Assembly (NCBI GenBank): GCA_964019335.1
Contig: OZ025656.1
Span: forward strand, 682,001-746,000
Direction of reading: 5' to 3'
From: Diplonema japonicum
Lineage: Eukaryota > Protista > Euglenozoa: Diplonemea
DNA length: 64,000 bases
The notes under the pieces were generated by a model, which worked only from the letters and a program-made list of their open reading frames with translations, did not search any database and was not told the origin of the DNA. Below, piece by piece: positions 9,287 to 20,084 of this stretch; position 1 is the first letter of the stretch, and each line of letters starts with the position of its first letter. A program made the translations under genes and the position numbers.

Positions 9287-12154
9287 ATGGTCCATAGTCC
9301 TCGTAAACAGCGCAGTTCGGAGTCGGAATGGTCTGGGCATGATGCGGTTGTGGCCCTTTCCGACCCAGAGGGCGTAAGGGGGAGAGTCAGCATCGAAGAT
9401 GATGGGTGGCGTTGGGCTTCAAAGGTAGGCAGGGACACCGCTACCGTTGTGCGCGGCCTAACTGACGACAACAGGAACCTACGAGCTGAGCTGCAGGTTC
9501 AAAGGGCACGGCTTGCCAGAGCGGAGTCACGTGTGCAGCATGGTAGATGTGAGGCCATTTCGCAACTGAAGCTCAACTCTCTCGAGAAGCTGAAGACCAA
9601 CGCCCAGGCAGCCTCTATGGCTGAGACTCGCGTCAAGATCTCTCGTTGCTTAGAGCGCCATGCGGTCGTCCGCCTGCTGTCGTCCTACTACTACAAATGG
9701 AAAGGTGGCAGGGTGTCTTCTAATAGCTGCCGCCCTGTTGTCATCCGAAAAACAATATCTGCTTTTTGTCGCGAACAACCAGTAGTGCAATGCTGCTTTT
9801 CAACTTGGAAGGCGTACAGCCGCGTTGCGTCATTGAGTAGGAAAGTTGCGCAGCAGGAAGAATCAGCAAGGGATGCAGCTGCGCAGCTGCAAGAAGCCAC
9901 AACGGCATTTAATGAGAAGGAGCTGCGATACTTGACCGAGATCAGCAGTTTGGAGGACCTTCTTGATAAAGAAGAAGAGCGCAGTTTGACGCTCTCCCCC
10001 TGCGATGATCAGGGCGATTTGTTTAGCAGAACTGTGCCAGTTGCATTCTCCCAAGGAGTTGTTGAAGCAAAAACAGAGGAGACATTGCACAGCAGGCAGG
10101 GCACGCCAATCACCTCACCGACAGAGGCTCCGAAGCATCCTAAGACAGTGCAAACCTCCACGAACACAAGCAGGCCTCCTACTCCTAGGCGGAATTCGTT
10201 GCGGAGTCACCAGGGAACACCTTTCCATGTGCCCTTCTGCCCAAGTGGTGCTCTTCGCAGCAACCAAGCTACGCCCATTCAGGCAGAGCTTCTCCTTCCA
10301 ATTCGTGACCCTCTTCAGAGCTGCCAGGCCACTCCTATCCACTGCGCTGCCGACGCCCCTGAAGCCCTTCATAGCAACATGGGCACTCCAATACAGTCAC
10401 CACAGGAAGCAGTCGTCCCAGAGTACAGGTCTCTGCACAGTAAGCAGGGCACGCCTGTTCAGTCACCACAGGAAGCAGTTGTCCCAGAGCACAGGCCTCT
10501 GCACAGCAATCAAGGCACGCCTGTTCAATCACCACGAGCGCATGTTGCTCTGCACAGCAACGAAGGTACACCTGTCCAGTCACCCAAAGCGACGCACGCA
10601 GCCCTCCGCAGCAAGCAGGGCACTCCTGTCCAGTCTTCGGCAGGGTTCCGAGCTGTGCTTGACAGCAGCCAGGCTACGCCCATTCATTTTCCTGCTGGTT
10701 TCCATCATGGGCCCCTTCAAAGCAATTGTGCCACGCCCATGCTGAATCCAGCTGAGGTCAGTTACATACCTGAAACGAGACATTATGCCATGAACACCAC
10801 CAACCTGAACACGCCATGTATGAGCCACGCTACGCCCTCGCAGGTGTCTTCTGTGCCTTTGCCTCCAGTTGCAACCAGACCAGCGACACCGTCTGAGTTG
10901 CCTCTGCCAATGGAGGCTGAGGTACACATCGGGACACCTGACCCCCTCCCTTCCACGCCACCAATCCCTCATGCGCCTTATGAAGCAGCGTTGTTCGCAG
11001 ACATAATGGTGACTAACGAGAAGCTGGAGGCAGAGCTCCAAGACACGCGTAGAGAAGCCGAGCAGCAGACCAGTGTGGAGAAAAGGAAAGCAAATAACTT
11101 AGCTGTAAAGGTAGCCACAATTGTGTCAAGCCACAGCACAAGGAGGATGTTGGTGGCATGCTTTGGCAGGTGGGTGCGTTATTGCGGAAAACAAAAAGTG
11201 GCAAGGCTACAGAACGCGCCACTGACCACTAGAGCAGAGAGAGAAGCTGCCTCGAAGTCCCTGGCCACCAGAAGCAGTCTGAGACTCGTTGGATTATACT
11301 TCATTCGACTGCAGATCGTTTGCAGGTTAAGGAAGCTACAGAAGAATGTTCCCAGCAGCCACAGTCACTCTGCAGTAGAAGAACGCCACTGTCGACAGAA
11401 GAATGCCTTATCAGGGCATGTGCATAGGTTGTCGGTGATGAGGCTGTGCTACGACAGGCTTGCAAGACTGGTGTCTGCTAGGAGTATCAAAAAGCAGGCT
11501 GCGAAGGCATTGATGGCTCTGAGTATGAGGAATTTGCTGCGCAGATATTACGGGCTTCTGAAGAGAAGCAATGAAAAAGAGCAGAGGTCAAAAATGCTTG
11601 AAAAAGAAATGAAAGGGGGAAAAGGGGCAAGGGTGTCCGATGGCTCTGTGAGCTTCCAGGACCCTACCACAGGGAACAGGGTTGTATTAGGCCTGGCACA
11701 ACGAGGCCTGAAGTATACTGTGAGCGGGCAGACCAGGCCTGTCATAAGATCTGTGACGCTGAAGGCGGAAGCGGTGCTGATGTTCCCTGGGGTGCATCCA
11801 AAGAGGGGTGTGACCATCCCCATAGAGGAGCTCCACACCGTTCTCCCTGGACTGCGGCAGTTAGTGAACTCTGTTGATATGAATCATAACTTTGGCTGCC
11901 TGCAGCCTTATGAGGAACGCGTAGCTATGTTACCCCAACGAACACCCTCCCCGTACAGAGCACGTTCTGTATCCACCCCTCGCCCTCAGCCACAACCTGT
12001 GTACACTCCCACCACACCGTCGCCTGCTTCTAAACGTGACATGCTCTCACCACCCAGCAGCAACCGATACTCCTCTCCCACCAGGGCCGTCACACACCGC
12101 AGCCCATGGATCCCACCACCTGGGAACAGCAGCCCTCCCAGGAGGCGTCGTTGA
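9287..12154 (+). CDS. Large coiled-coil, Pro/Ser/Thr-rich protein with about 11 internal LxSxQ[GA]TP repeats
   Basis: 955-aa ORF with repeats at 10085-10740 and basic aromatic helices (YYYKWK, CFSTWK, CFGRWV). Confidence 0.8.
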   Translation: MVHSPRKQRSSESEWSGHDAVVALSDPEGVRGRVSIEDDGWRWASKVGRDTATVVRGLTDDNRNLRAELQVQRARLARAESRVQHGRCEAISQLKLNSLEKLKTNAQAASMAETRVKISRCLERHAVVRLLSSYYYKWKGGRVSSNSCRPVVIRKTISAFCREQPVVQCCFSTWKAYSRVASLSRKVAQQEESARDAAAQLQEATTAFNEKELRYLTEISSLEDLLDKEEERSLTLSPCDDQGDLFSRTVPVAFSQGVVEAKTEETLHSRQGTPITSPTEAPKHPKTVQTSTNTSRPPTPRRNSLRSHQGTPFHVPFCPSGALRSNQATPIQAELLLPIRDPLQSCQATPIHCAADAPEALHSNMGTPIQSPQEAVVPEYRSLHSKQGTPVQSPQEAVVPEHRPLHSNQGTPVQSPRAHVALHSNEGTPVQSPKATHAALRSKQGTPVQSSAGFRAVLDSSQATPIHFPAGFHHGPLQSNCATPMLNPAEVSYIPETRHYAMNTTNLNTPCMSHATPSQVSSVPLPPVATRPATPSELPLPMEAEVHIGTPDPLPSTPPIPHAPYEAALFADIMVTNEKLEAELQDTRREAEQQTSVEKRKANNLAVKVATIVSSHSTRRMLVACFGRWVRYCGKQKVARLQNAPLTTRAEREAASKSLATRSSLRLVGLYFIRLQIVCRLRKLQKNVPSSHSHSAVEERHCRQKNALSGHVHRLSVMRLCYDRLARLVSARSIKKQAAKALMALSMRNLLRRYYGLLKRSNEKEQRSKMLEKEMKGGKGARVSDGSVSFQDPTTGNRVVLGLAQRGLKYTVSGQTRPVIRSVTLKAEAVLMFPGVHPKRGVTIPIEELHTVLPGLRQLVNSVDMNHNFGCLQPYEERVAMLPQRTPSPYRARSVSTPRPQPQPVYTPTTPSPASKRDMLSPPSSNRYSSPTRAVTHRSPWIPPPGNSSPPRRRR
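10085..10740 (+). repeat. Intragenic tandem peptide repeat L[HRQD]S[NKRHCS][QME][GA]TP[IV]
   Basis: Eleven recognisable copies. A near-identical 60-nt unit is duplicated around 10390-10510. Confidence 0.85.
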
Positions 12155-12238
12155 TCTGAATCCTAAATGTATATCTGTACTGTACTTCCTTACATTATTT
12201 CAGTTTATTTTCTGTTTCAAATAGCGTTCATTTACAGG

Positions 12239-14557
12239 ATGGCGGCTTATGTCGTGCGGTGCGAGAGCAGCCTCCCCGAAGAAGACCTTCGCGCGGTGTG
12301 CCAGACATATGGCAGTTTAGAAGTAACCGGGAAGGTTGTGAGGTTTTCAAACGAAGACGACGGAAAGCGGTTCAGGGAGGACCTTGACGGGGTCGACGCG
12401 GAGGGACTAGGAAGGTTCACCGTGATACACGTTCCGCGGGCACTGGTGCGCAATGTGACATCGGAGGGAATGTTCTACTGTGATCTTTGCAGGGAATGGG
12501 ATATTGAAGACTTGTCTGACCACAAGCAGCGTGAACACCACTTTGACTACTCTGACGTGAGCAACTTGGTTTTGAAAGACTGCGACAAAAAGGTTTTGGG
12601 CGAAAAGCTACTGAGACAGGTCTCTTTCGACAAAATGACGGCCGACAGGTGGGAACGTGTCAGGCATCTGCATGATGACCTCAACAATGTACTTGGGACA
12701 CATGAAGCAAGCCTCATTCCTTTTGGCTCCTGCCAGCAGTACTTGAACAACGCTTCGAGTGACGTCGATTTCGCATTGAACGTGTCTTCCCCGTCACCTG
12801 ACGTGCTTGCTGAGGTGCATGAATTGCTTTGCAAGGTGTTCCCAAAGAACTCTCTCACCCTTATGACCTCAGCTCGTGTCCCTGTCATTAAGTACACACC
12901 ACGAAACGCAATCCCTTTCACGGCCACCACATCGGTTCAGCTCATGGGGCCAGATGGACCTGTCTCTTGCGATGAGTCTGCTGCCCTATGCTTAGTGGCC
13001 TCTGATCCTGCGTATTCTTACCTAGGAGCCCTGCCATGGTACCCTTTTAGCATTCCTTTTGACATCTCTCTAGACACGCGTGGCGTTTTGAACTCACGGC
13101 TCATTCGGAACTACATCACGCAGTGCCCTGTTACTGCTTGGTTGTGCATGCTGGCAAAGAGTTTTTGCAAGAAAAGTGGTGTCATTGCTGCAACGAGAGG
13201 CATGCTGACCTCATATGCGACGGTGCTGCTTGTCATCTTCTACGGAGTCGAGCATGGCCTGCTGCGGCATGTGTCGACAGCGCAGATGGCAGCTGCTGAT
13301 ATTGCAGAAAAGATGGTCGAGTGGAGGGAAGAAGCAGCACCGCAGCCGGAACTGCTTGCCGAGCATTGGACCGGCTTCTTGAAGTACTACGTTTTAAACA
13401 TAGACCATGTGGTAGTCACTTTGCGCGATCAGGAGCTGAACCTGGGGTGCAGTGAGAGTATTAAAGACTGGAAAGCCGTGCAGGTCATCGACCCCTATGT
13501 GGACCTAAACCTGGGACGAGGTATCGGTGCGCTCCGTGTGGACTTCATCAAAGATGCACTTTGCAAGGAGCTCCGGGCGGTGAGCTCCAGGGACTTAAAA
13601 GGGTCTGAACATTACTATGGCATGCTGCAGAATGAGGACACGTGTAAGAATTGGCTGCTACTAGCGGAAGCAATAGGAGAAGAGAATGGGTGTTCCAAGA
13701 TAGGTGTGACGGAGAGGCAAGCGCTGGGCATTGCTGCTAGCATGTCCCCCACAGCGCGGCAGCTAGTGGACATCTTGCTGCACCTTGACAGAATTGGTAC
13801 TGCTTACAACGTGTACCCGAAGGTGCTGCAGCAGGACCCGTTTCATGTTGTAGCTCTATTAAGGAGAGGAGTGCAGCTAGGGAAGAAGGGACGGCACTAC
13901 TTCATGGAGGTACTGAACAGGACGACAGACTCGGTGGTGTACGCGGCAGCTCTGGGCAATGTGGGCATGTTGATGGAGGCAGGCGATCTGGTGGATGTAA
14001 AGGGAATGACGATGAGCAAGCAGGGTGTGCTTTGCAAGGCTATTGAAACAGCACCCGGCACCATTCCTCTGTGGAAAGAACTGTGCCGCGTGGTAGCCGA
14101 AGACGAAGAGAGCGACGAGGTGGTGGTCAGTGGTGTGGCTTTTACAAGAGTACGCCTATTCTCTCACGTCATCGAATTACAGACAAGCTGCAAGGGCATA
14201 GCGAAGAGCGCTAACGAAGAATTCCTTCTCCTTGCAAAACAACTTCACACGTCCTCATCTACAACTGTCGTAAGCGGGAAGGAGGTTGGGGTTCCCACGT
14301 GCCTAAAGGCCGTGTACAAGCTGACAGGCAAACCCGTCCCCAATGGCACAGCGCTATTTACGAGTAAACGTCCAACAGACACCCTCACACAGAGCGTCCT
14401 AGAGCGTGGGGGCGAGCCTTTCATCAAAGCCAAGCTCTCGCACGTTCACGTCGTGACCGCACTGGTCGCGTGTTTCGACGCCAGTGATGATGAAGCGATG
14501 GGCATGCTTGAGTCTGTCAAGGTGCAGCATCCTAAGTTAGTAGTTGTGGTGGTGTAG
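12239..14557 (+). CDS. Terminal uridylyltransferase / non-canonical poly(A) polymerase family protein with RRM-like and C2H2 Zn-finger N-terminus and helical-repeat C-terminus
   Basis: FGS…SSDVDF (NTase), ARVPVIK, FDIS…GVLNSRLIRNY, GMLTSYA and IDPYVDLNLGR (PAP-associated). FYCDLC…HKQREH Zn finger. ATG 12239 follows TTACAG. Confidence 0.85.
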   Translation: MAAYVVRCESSLPEEDLRAVCQTYGSLEVTGKVVRFSNEDDGKRFREDLDGVDAEGLGRFTVIHVPRALVRNVTSEGMFYCDLCREWDIEDLSDHKQREHHFDYSDVSNLVLKDCDKKVLGEKLLRQVSFDKMTADRWERVRHLHDDLNNVLGTHEASLIPFGSCQQYLNNASSDVDFALNVSSPSPDVLAEVHELLCKVFPKNSLTLMTSARVPVIKYTPRNAIPFTATTSVQLMGPDGPVSCDESAALCLVASDPAYSYLGALPWYPFSIPFDISLDTRGVLNSRLIRNYITQCPVTAWLCMLAKSFCKKSGVIAATRGMLTSYATVLLVIFYGVEHGLLRHVSTAQMAAADIAEKMVEWREEAAPQPELLAEHWTGFLKYYVLNIDHVVVTLRDQELNLGCSESIKDWKAVQVIDPYVDLNLGRGIGALRVDFIKDALCKELRAVSSRDLKGSEHYYGMLQNEDTCKNWLLLAEAIGEENGCSKIGVTERQALGIAASMSPTARQLVDILLHLDRIGTAYNVYPKVLQQDPFHVVALLRRGVQLGKKGRHYFMEVLNRTTDSVVYAAALGNVGMLMEAGDLVDVKGMTMSKQGVLCKAIETAPGTIPLWKELCRVVAEDEESDEVVVSGVAFTRVRLFSHVIELQTSCKGIAKSANEEFLLLAKQLHTSSSTTVVSGKEVGVPTCLKAVYKLTGKPVPNGTALFTSKRPTDTLTQSVLERGGEPFIKAKLSHVHVVTALVACFDASDDEAMGMLESVKVQHPKLVVVVV

Positions 14558-14619
14558 AGTTCTTTCCTCTTGATGTTTCATTCTTATTACTTTAGTTCAA
14601 ATCAAAACAGGAGGCCAAA

Positions 14620-17600
14620 ATGGAGTTCACGCCATCACATGGCTTGGCGAGTGGCCTTGTGGAGACGCCCATGGGCGTTATGCCTACCCCTTTCGGGTTA
14701 GATTTCTCGGAAGCAGCAACACCGGCACCCACACCAGCACCCGCGCACTCACCGCGTCATTTTATCACCGAAGCAGCGGACCGTAGCCCTTCACTCGCAT
14801 ACGAGGTGCACAGCGGGTCTGCCGACAAGGAGTTCAGTGACAGGCTGGAACAAATGGAAATAACAGGGAAGGCAACCACGGTGGAAGGAGAATGTGAGAT
14901 CATGAGGAGGTTTGTGGTGCCATTGCAGAAGCAAGCCACCAGCCTTGGGGAGCAGCCGAGCGACGTGTTCAGTGCCATGGAACGAGTGGCTGCGTCCAAG
15001 CTTAAGGAAGACGTCCGTGAGGAGGCCCACACTTGGGAGTTGGTTTTCTTCCTTCTTCGCGACTCTCTTAAAACTTACAACGGGCAGTATGCCTCAGAGA
15101 CGATATCGAATAGAATCCAAGCTGTGCCACAGCACAGGTGGTGGGCTGCATCCCACAAACAACTTCTCGCACTCCGCCTCTGTTGGGACTTCAATTTCCG
15201 AAGAGCCCTCCTTGTCCTCATCTGGCTCGAGAGGGTCTATGCATCCACCAGCAGCGCTGATAAGAAGAGGGAGCAGTACATCCCTTCCGGCTACAGGGTA
15301 AACACTGCCAGACTCATTCAGTCAGGACAAGGTGGAATGCTTTGCCCAACAACAAAGAGAAAGCTCGTTTCCAGCCTCAACTTCGACGCTCCAAGAAGGT
15401 ATGCAGCAAGGTTGACGTAACAAACCCCAAAATACAGCGAATGCGCCCATCTCCACCCTGCTGATGAAGAAGCGGAGAGGACCCTCTACCAAGTAGTCCT
15501 GCAGCATCTGAGATGCGGCCATGTAGATGCCGCAAGAAGACTGTGTGAAGAGAAGGGCTACACTCAGTGCGCTGCGTTGCTCCAAGAGAGCTGCGAAACA
15601 CTACAGCACATACCTGGTGCACATACACCATTCCCTCCTTTGGAGGTTCAGCTACCGCAGGAGATCACGGAACGGTTCGGCCTGAAGGACGACGGCCACA
15701 TGCAGCTAAACACTACCAGATATAGCTTCTCAGCAGCCTTATGTGATCTATCTGAAGATGTATGTTTATCATTAACACACTGTCACTCTCACAGGACACA
15801 GCACCCGGTGGTATCAACCAGAAAGCGGTATTCTCTGCTTTGGTTGGTATCCCAAGTACCATGTTGATGGGGCTCAGCAACAGCACCTCCTTTAGGGACG
15901 TGCTGTGGGCATCTCTCCGGGGGTACAACGAGCATATGACGCACGATATCTTGCACCCTTTCCTAGCAGGGCACGAGGACTACATCGCTGAGGACGCTGC
16001 TAACGTGCTGCACAAGACTATGCCCACTTCGTCTGTACTTGCCGAGCTTGCAAACAACGCGCTTGCGGGCTGCACCGACCCCTTCTCCCAACTCCAGTCA
16101 CTGCTTATCCAGTTATTTGGTGACAAGTCATGCACCAGCATCGAGAGCTTCAAGCAGCTATTTGCGTTCCTTCACGAAACAACGAGCACCCACGCGCCAC
16201 GCCTCTCTGCCCACCTCGCGATGCAGATGTGGAGGTGCAGACACTACGTGCTTGGCGACATCCTCGACGAGCAGGACCACGACACCTTGGCACAGCACCT
16301 CGACTCCATCATCACCGCCTACGCACGCCACCTGTGTGCCAACAACATCTCTCAGCCCGACCTCCTCCTCTCCATCGTGCCCTTCCTGGCGTCGAAGATG
16401 GAAGTCAATCGCGTTCAGCTTGTTTCTGAATTTTGCGTAATCCTCACTGCAAACAGAAGTGAGGCGACATGCGATGCTCTCTGCGAAAAGCTCGTCAACA
16501 GATTGCAAGAAGTGGGGGTGTCAGGCCCTGAAGTAATGACTGGTGCGCAGAAGCTCCTTGCCGCAGGCCCGTGGAAGGTGGTTGAAGAATGGGGTGTACC
16601 GATAGTGCCGAAGGAGACAACTCGCATGAGCGACATGATCGAGTCCATCAGGCTGCTCACCTTCATTCCGTTGCAGAGTGTGGAGGCCCTCACCAGTTTC
16701 AACTACAACTGTAGGCTGCTTGTGAGCTCTATGATGATGAAGACAGAGAGCCTCCGGGCGGCAGTTGGGCGGGGTGTGGAGACTATGGAGGAAATCGACA
16801 AGTTGCAGGGTGACGTAACAAGGTGCCTTGATGGACTGCAGAGCATGTTTGGGAGGGTGTACGAGCACATACAGGCTCAGTTCGAGCTGCAGAAAATACG
16901 GGAGTGCCCTAGCACGCCCAGCTTCGCTCGACTCGTGACGGAGAGGATGGAAGCCAAGCATTGGGAGGTGTACACGAAGAGCGCGACGGCACTAGCGCAG
17001 TGGCAGGGGGAGGTACAGAGGAAGCCGGTGGTTACAGAAGCAGCAAAGGTGGTGGCGAACGAGCTGTCAAGGGCGAACGCGACGGCGCTGCTGCAGCAGT
17101 CGAAAATGCAGAAAGAGAAGCAGGCTTACAAGGAGTGGCTTCTTCGCGAGAAGAAAGCGCGAACGGTGTTCAAAGAGTCGGCACTGCAGATGGTCACGAA
17201 GGTGAGGGACTCGTTCTGGCTGGTGGACCTCCGATGTGTGTTGGACGAACTAGAGCCTGTCGACAGGGTGCAGGCGAACGATTGGCTGATGGAACGGGAG
17301 AGTTGTCTGAGTGAACTGCGAAAGAAGGTGATCCCACATATTGCTGAATGCACATTGGAAATGTTTGCGATCCACGGCGACCACCTCAGCACGCAGGACA
17401 GGCTAGAGGAGTGCCAAGAGTATGTCACCATCACAAATATCACCCTCTACTCACCCTCTACAGTTGTGTCGATATCGTAGATGCGCTGGTTGGAGATGAC
17501 GTGGCTGATACCCAGTCTTTAATGGAGTGCTTCACAGACAGCACACAGGCGGCACGTATTGTTGCTTACTGTGGAAGGTATTTTTAAGGGTACCCAGGGA

Positions 17601-17713
17601 CGTACACACCACACAGGATTGACTGCTTCGAGACAGACTGTCAACGGGCAATGAAGGCCTACCCCGACCTCGCAGAGCCCGAGCTCACAGCCCTCCTCGT
17701 CTGCGAGATGTAG
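14620..17713 (+). CDS. NUP107: Nucleoporin Nup107/Nup84 (5 exons)
   Basis: Introns 15399-15437, 15760-15794, 17420-17463 and 17578-17616. Motifs EAHTWEL, IWLE, NFDAP…DEEAERTLYQVVLQHLRCGHVDAARRLC, QKAVFSALVG and FRDVLWA. Confidence 0.75.
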
Positions 17714-18034
17714 GATGGCTGTTCGTTTTCTTCCTCCTCTCCATTTATGATCATAGAAAAAATCTGAAGTTTTTTATTTTACTTTACTGTTTGTAGTGTT
17801 GCAGCGGCCCGTGGTGGGGTGCTGGGGGAGTGTGCAGTCCTCTTAATCAGAAATTAACAAAAAGGAGAAAAAAAGAAGAAGAAGAAGAAGAAAGAAAAAG
17901 GTGGTATAATCGCCAACAGAAAGTGTTTTTTTTTCTTCTCTTTTTTCCTTTTTGCCTTTTCTTTTTCTTCAAAGATAAAAAAGACGAGTAGCATTCCTAA
18001 GCCCTTGACGTCGTGCCCACTTCCTTCAGGTAAG

Positions 18035-18997
18035 ATGTCCGGCGAAGGGTTCAAGCACGAGGTCAGTGAGGTGGAGGATGCAGAGGAGCCCGTCAGGCTG
18101 CAGAGAGCAGAAAGGGTCCTTCAGGATAGGTTGGGGAACATCACGCTAGTGATAGAAAAGTGCTCAAACGAGTTCAATCAGCAGGCAGTGTTGAGGACAG
18201 CAGAGGCGATGGGGGTCCAGAGGGTGTACCTTGTGAGGCCCACCCTCCCAAAGAGGCACGCTAATAAGCAGAAGGAGCGTGCCAAGGCTGGAAAGGGCGC
18301 AGAGTTTGAATGGGGTGCTGGTGTTGGCGTGACGTCTGGTTGTGAGCGGTGGCTCACAGCGAAGTATTTCCAAACCACTGAGGAGTGCATCAAGGCCTTA
18401 CGCGAGGAGTCTCACACAATCTGGGCCACCGACCTTGCTTTAGAAGCTGTCTGTCTTGATGATGACTTCAAGTCTTCGAAATATTGCCCTTCCACGCTTC
18501 CCAAGAAAGTAGCCCTCGTTGTCGGCAGCGAAGCAGAAGGTGTCTCAAGGGAGATGCTCGACGAGGCTGACCTTCGTGTGTACCTCCCAATGCACGGCTT
18601 CACAGACTCCTTCAACGTGGGTGTCGCAGCTGCTTTGGGCCTGCAGAAGGTCATTGACCTCCTAGGCAGAGAGGCGCTCCACCCTTCTGACATGACTGCT
18701 CTCCGACAGTCATGGATTAAGCTCCTTTGCACCAACCCCACTATCACTGAAACACTGGGTTCGTACCTCGGCTCTGCCAAGGTCCCCACACCGCTTGATG
18801 ACCTTCGCGCTGGTCGCGGCAACCCCAACGGCCCCAGAATGATCAAAAAGGTAAAGAAGCGGCAGGAAGAAGCTGAGAGACAGAGGACACAGAAGCAAGC
18901 ACCGAAACCCAAATTCACTTTGCCAAGCTACACGGCCCCCATTGCCTTTGCAGCAGCCACCTTTGCCGCGGGGTACATGGCCGGGAGGAGGTCTTGA
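18035..18997 (+). CDS. SpoU/TrmH-family RNA 2'-O-methyltransferase with a C-terminal hydrophobic tail
   Basis: NQQAVLRTAEAMG, VALVVGSEAEGVS and VYLPMHGFTDSFNVGVAA SPOUT motifs. First ATG 18035. Confidence 0.9.
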   Translation: MSGEGFKHEVSEVEDAEEPVRLQRAERVLQDRLGNITLVIEKCSNEFNQQAVLRTAEAMGVQRVYLVRPTLPKRHANKQKERAKAGKGAEFEWGAGVGVTSGCERWLTAKYFQTTEECIKALREESHTIWATDLALEAVCLDDDFKSSKYCPSTLPKKVALVVGSEAEGVSREMLDEADLRVYLPMHGFTDSFNVGVAAALGLQKVIDLLGREALHPSDMTALRQSWIKLLCTNPTITETLGSYLGSAKVPTPLDDLRAGRGNPNGPRMIKKVKKRQEEAERQRTQKQAPKPKFTLPSYTAPIAFAAATFAAGYMAGRRS

Positions 18998-19070
18998 TTT
19001 CGTTTTTCAATCATAGTATAGTACATAGTATTATCTAGTACACACGATTACAACGCAGCAGTTACACAAG

Positions 19071-20019
19071 ATGAACGAAGGCGAGCTCCCCGTTGACTGG
19101 AGTGCAACGGAGCGTCACTGGCACGTATGTGGATGACAATCAATGTAATGGTACAATACAGTGGTTGCGTGGCTTTGCACCGAGCCTCAAGAAGAGTCAG
19201 GCAATATCTCGGTCGTACCGCAGCATCCTGAGCACCAGCAGTAGAGATGTACAGGCAGCCGAAGTACTTGACGAGGGAAAGCTATTGCACCCAATGGAAT
19301 TACGTTCAAAGGGTAGAGGTCTTCCGAAAATGGGACCCAAGCTGGACCCTACGAGGAGCAGATATGAGCTGGTGACGTGGCGGTGGATGCGACGGAGGTA
19401 CAGGGTAGAAGATGAGACTATCGCGAAGGGATGTATACAATTGTTTTTCCTTTCTGTGCTGCAAGGCATCATGAGCACAGCGACGTGTCTCATCGCTGGG
19501 CTCAGTGACGGAGGATGGGAGACGGAGGTGCAGATACCCCTCACGGCCCTGGGCCTTGTAGGGCTGTGCAGTGCTTACATGGGTGTCGTAGGCTCCCTGT
19601 CGGACACTTCGTCACGACTGCAACGATACTGGATCGTACAGCTGTGGCTGTTATCACTCCTAGTGTTCTTCGTCTACAGCGAATGGCACAGGCCTACTTG
19701 CACGTTTTTGCAAGCAGGCTGTGTGGACATGGAGTCTGGCACCACCGTACTTGCCATGTTGGCATGTTTCGTTCAGCTGCTTGCTGGCTACAGCGGTGTC
19801 TTCATTGCCACAACATGCTTAGACTCCATTGAGCACCGCACCGCAATCCAGAACCACATGACACTGTTTAAGTACTTCCAATATTACTGGAACGAGCTCC
19901 ACAAGCAAATCGGAGGTGGTGCTGACTCTACTTATGAGACCGAAGATGAAGAGGACGAAGAAGAGGAAGAGGAAGAGGAAACAGGTGAGGATGTTGACGA
20001 GGACACACATCGAGAATGA
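19071..20019 (+). CDS. Four-TM membrane protein with acidic tail; paralog of the TM domain of gene 4331
   Basis: ATG 19071 and intron 19125-19161. Four hydrophobic segments and an E/D-rich C-terminus. Confidence 0.75.
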
Positions 20020-20084
20020 CGATTGCACGTCTAACTTTATTTTAACAGCAAAGTACTGCACATTCACCCCCAACCACAGGAAAC

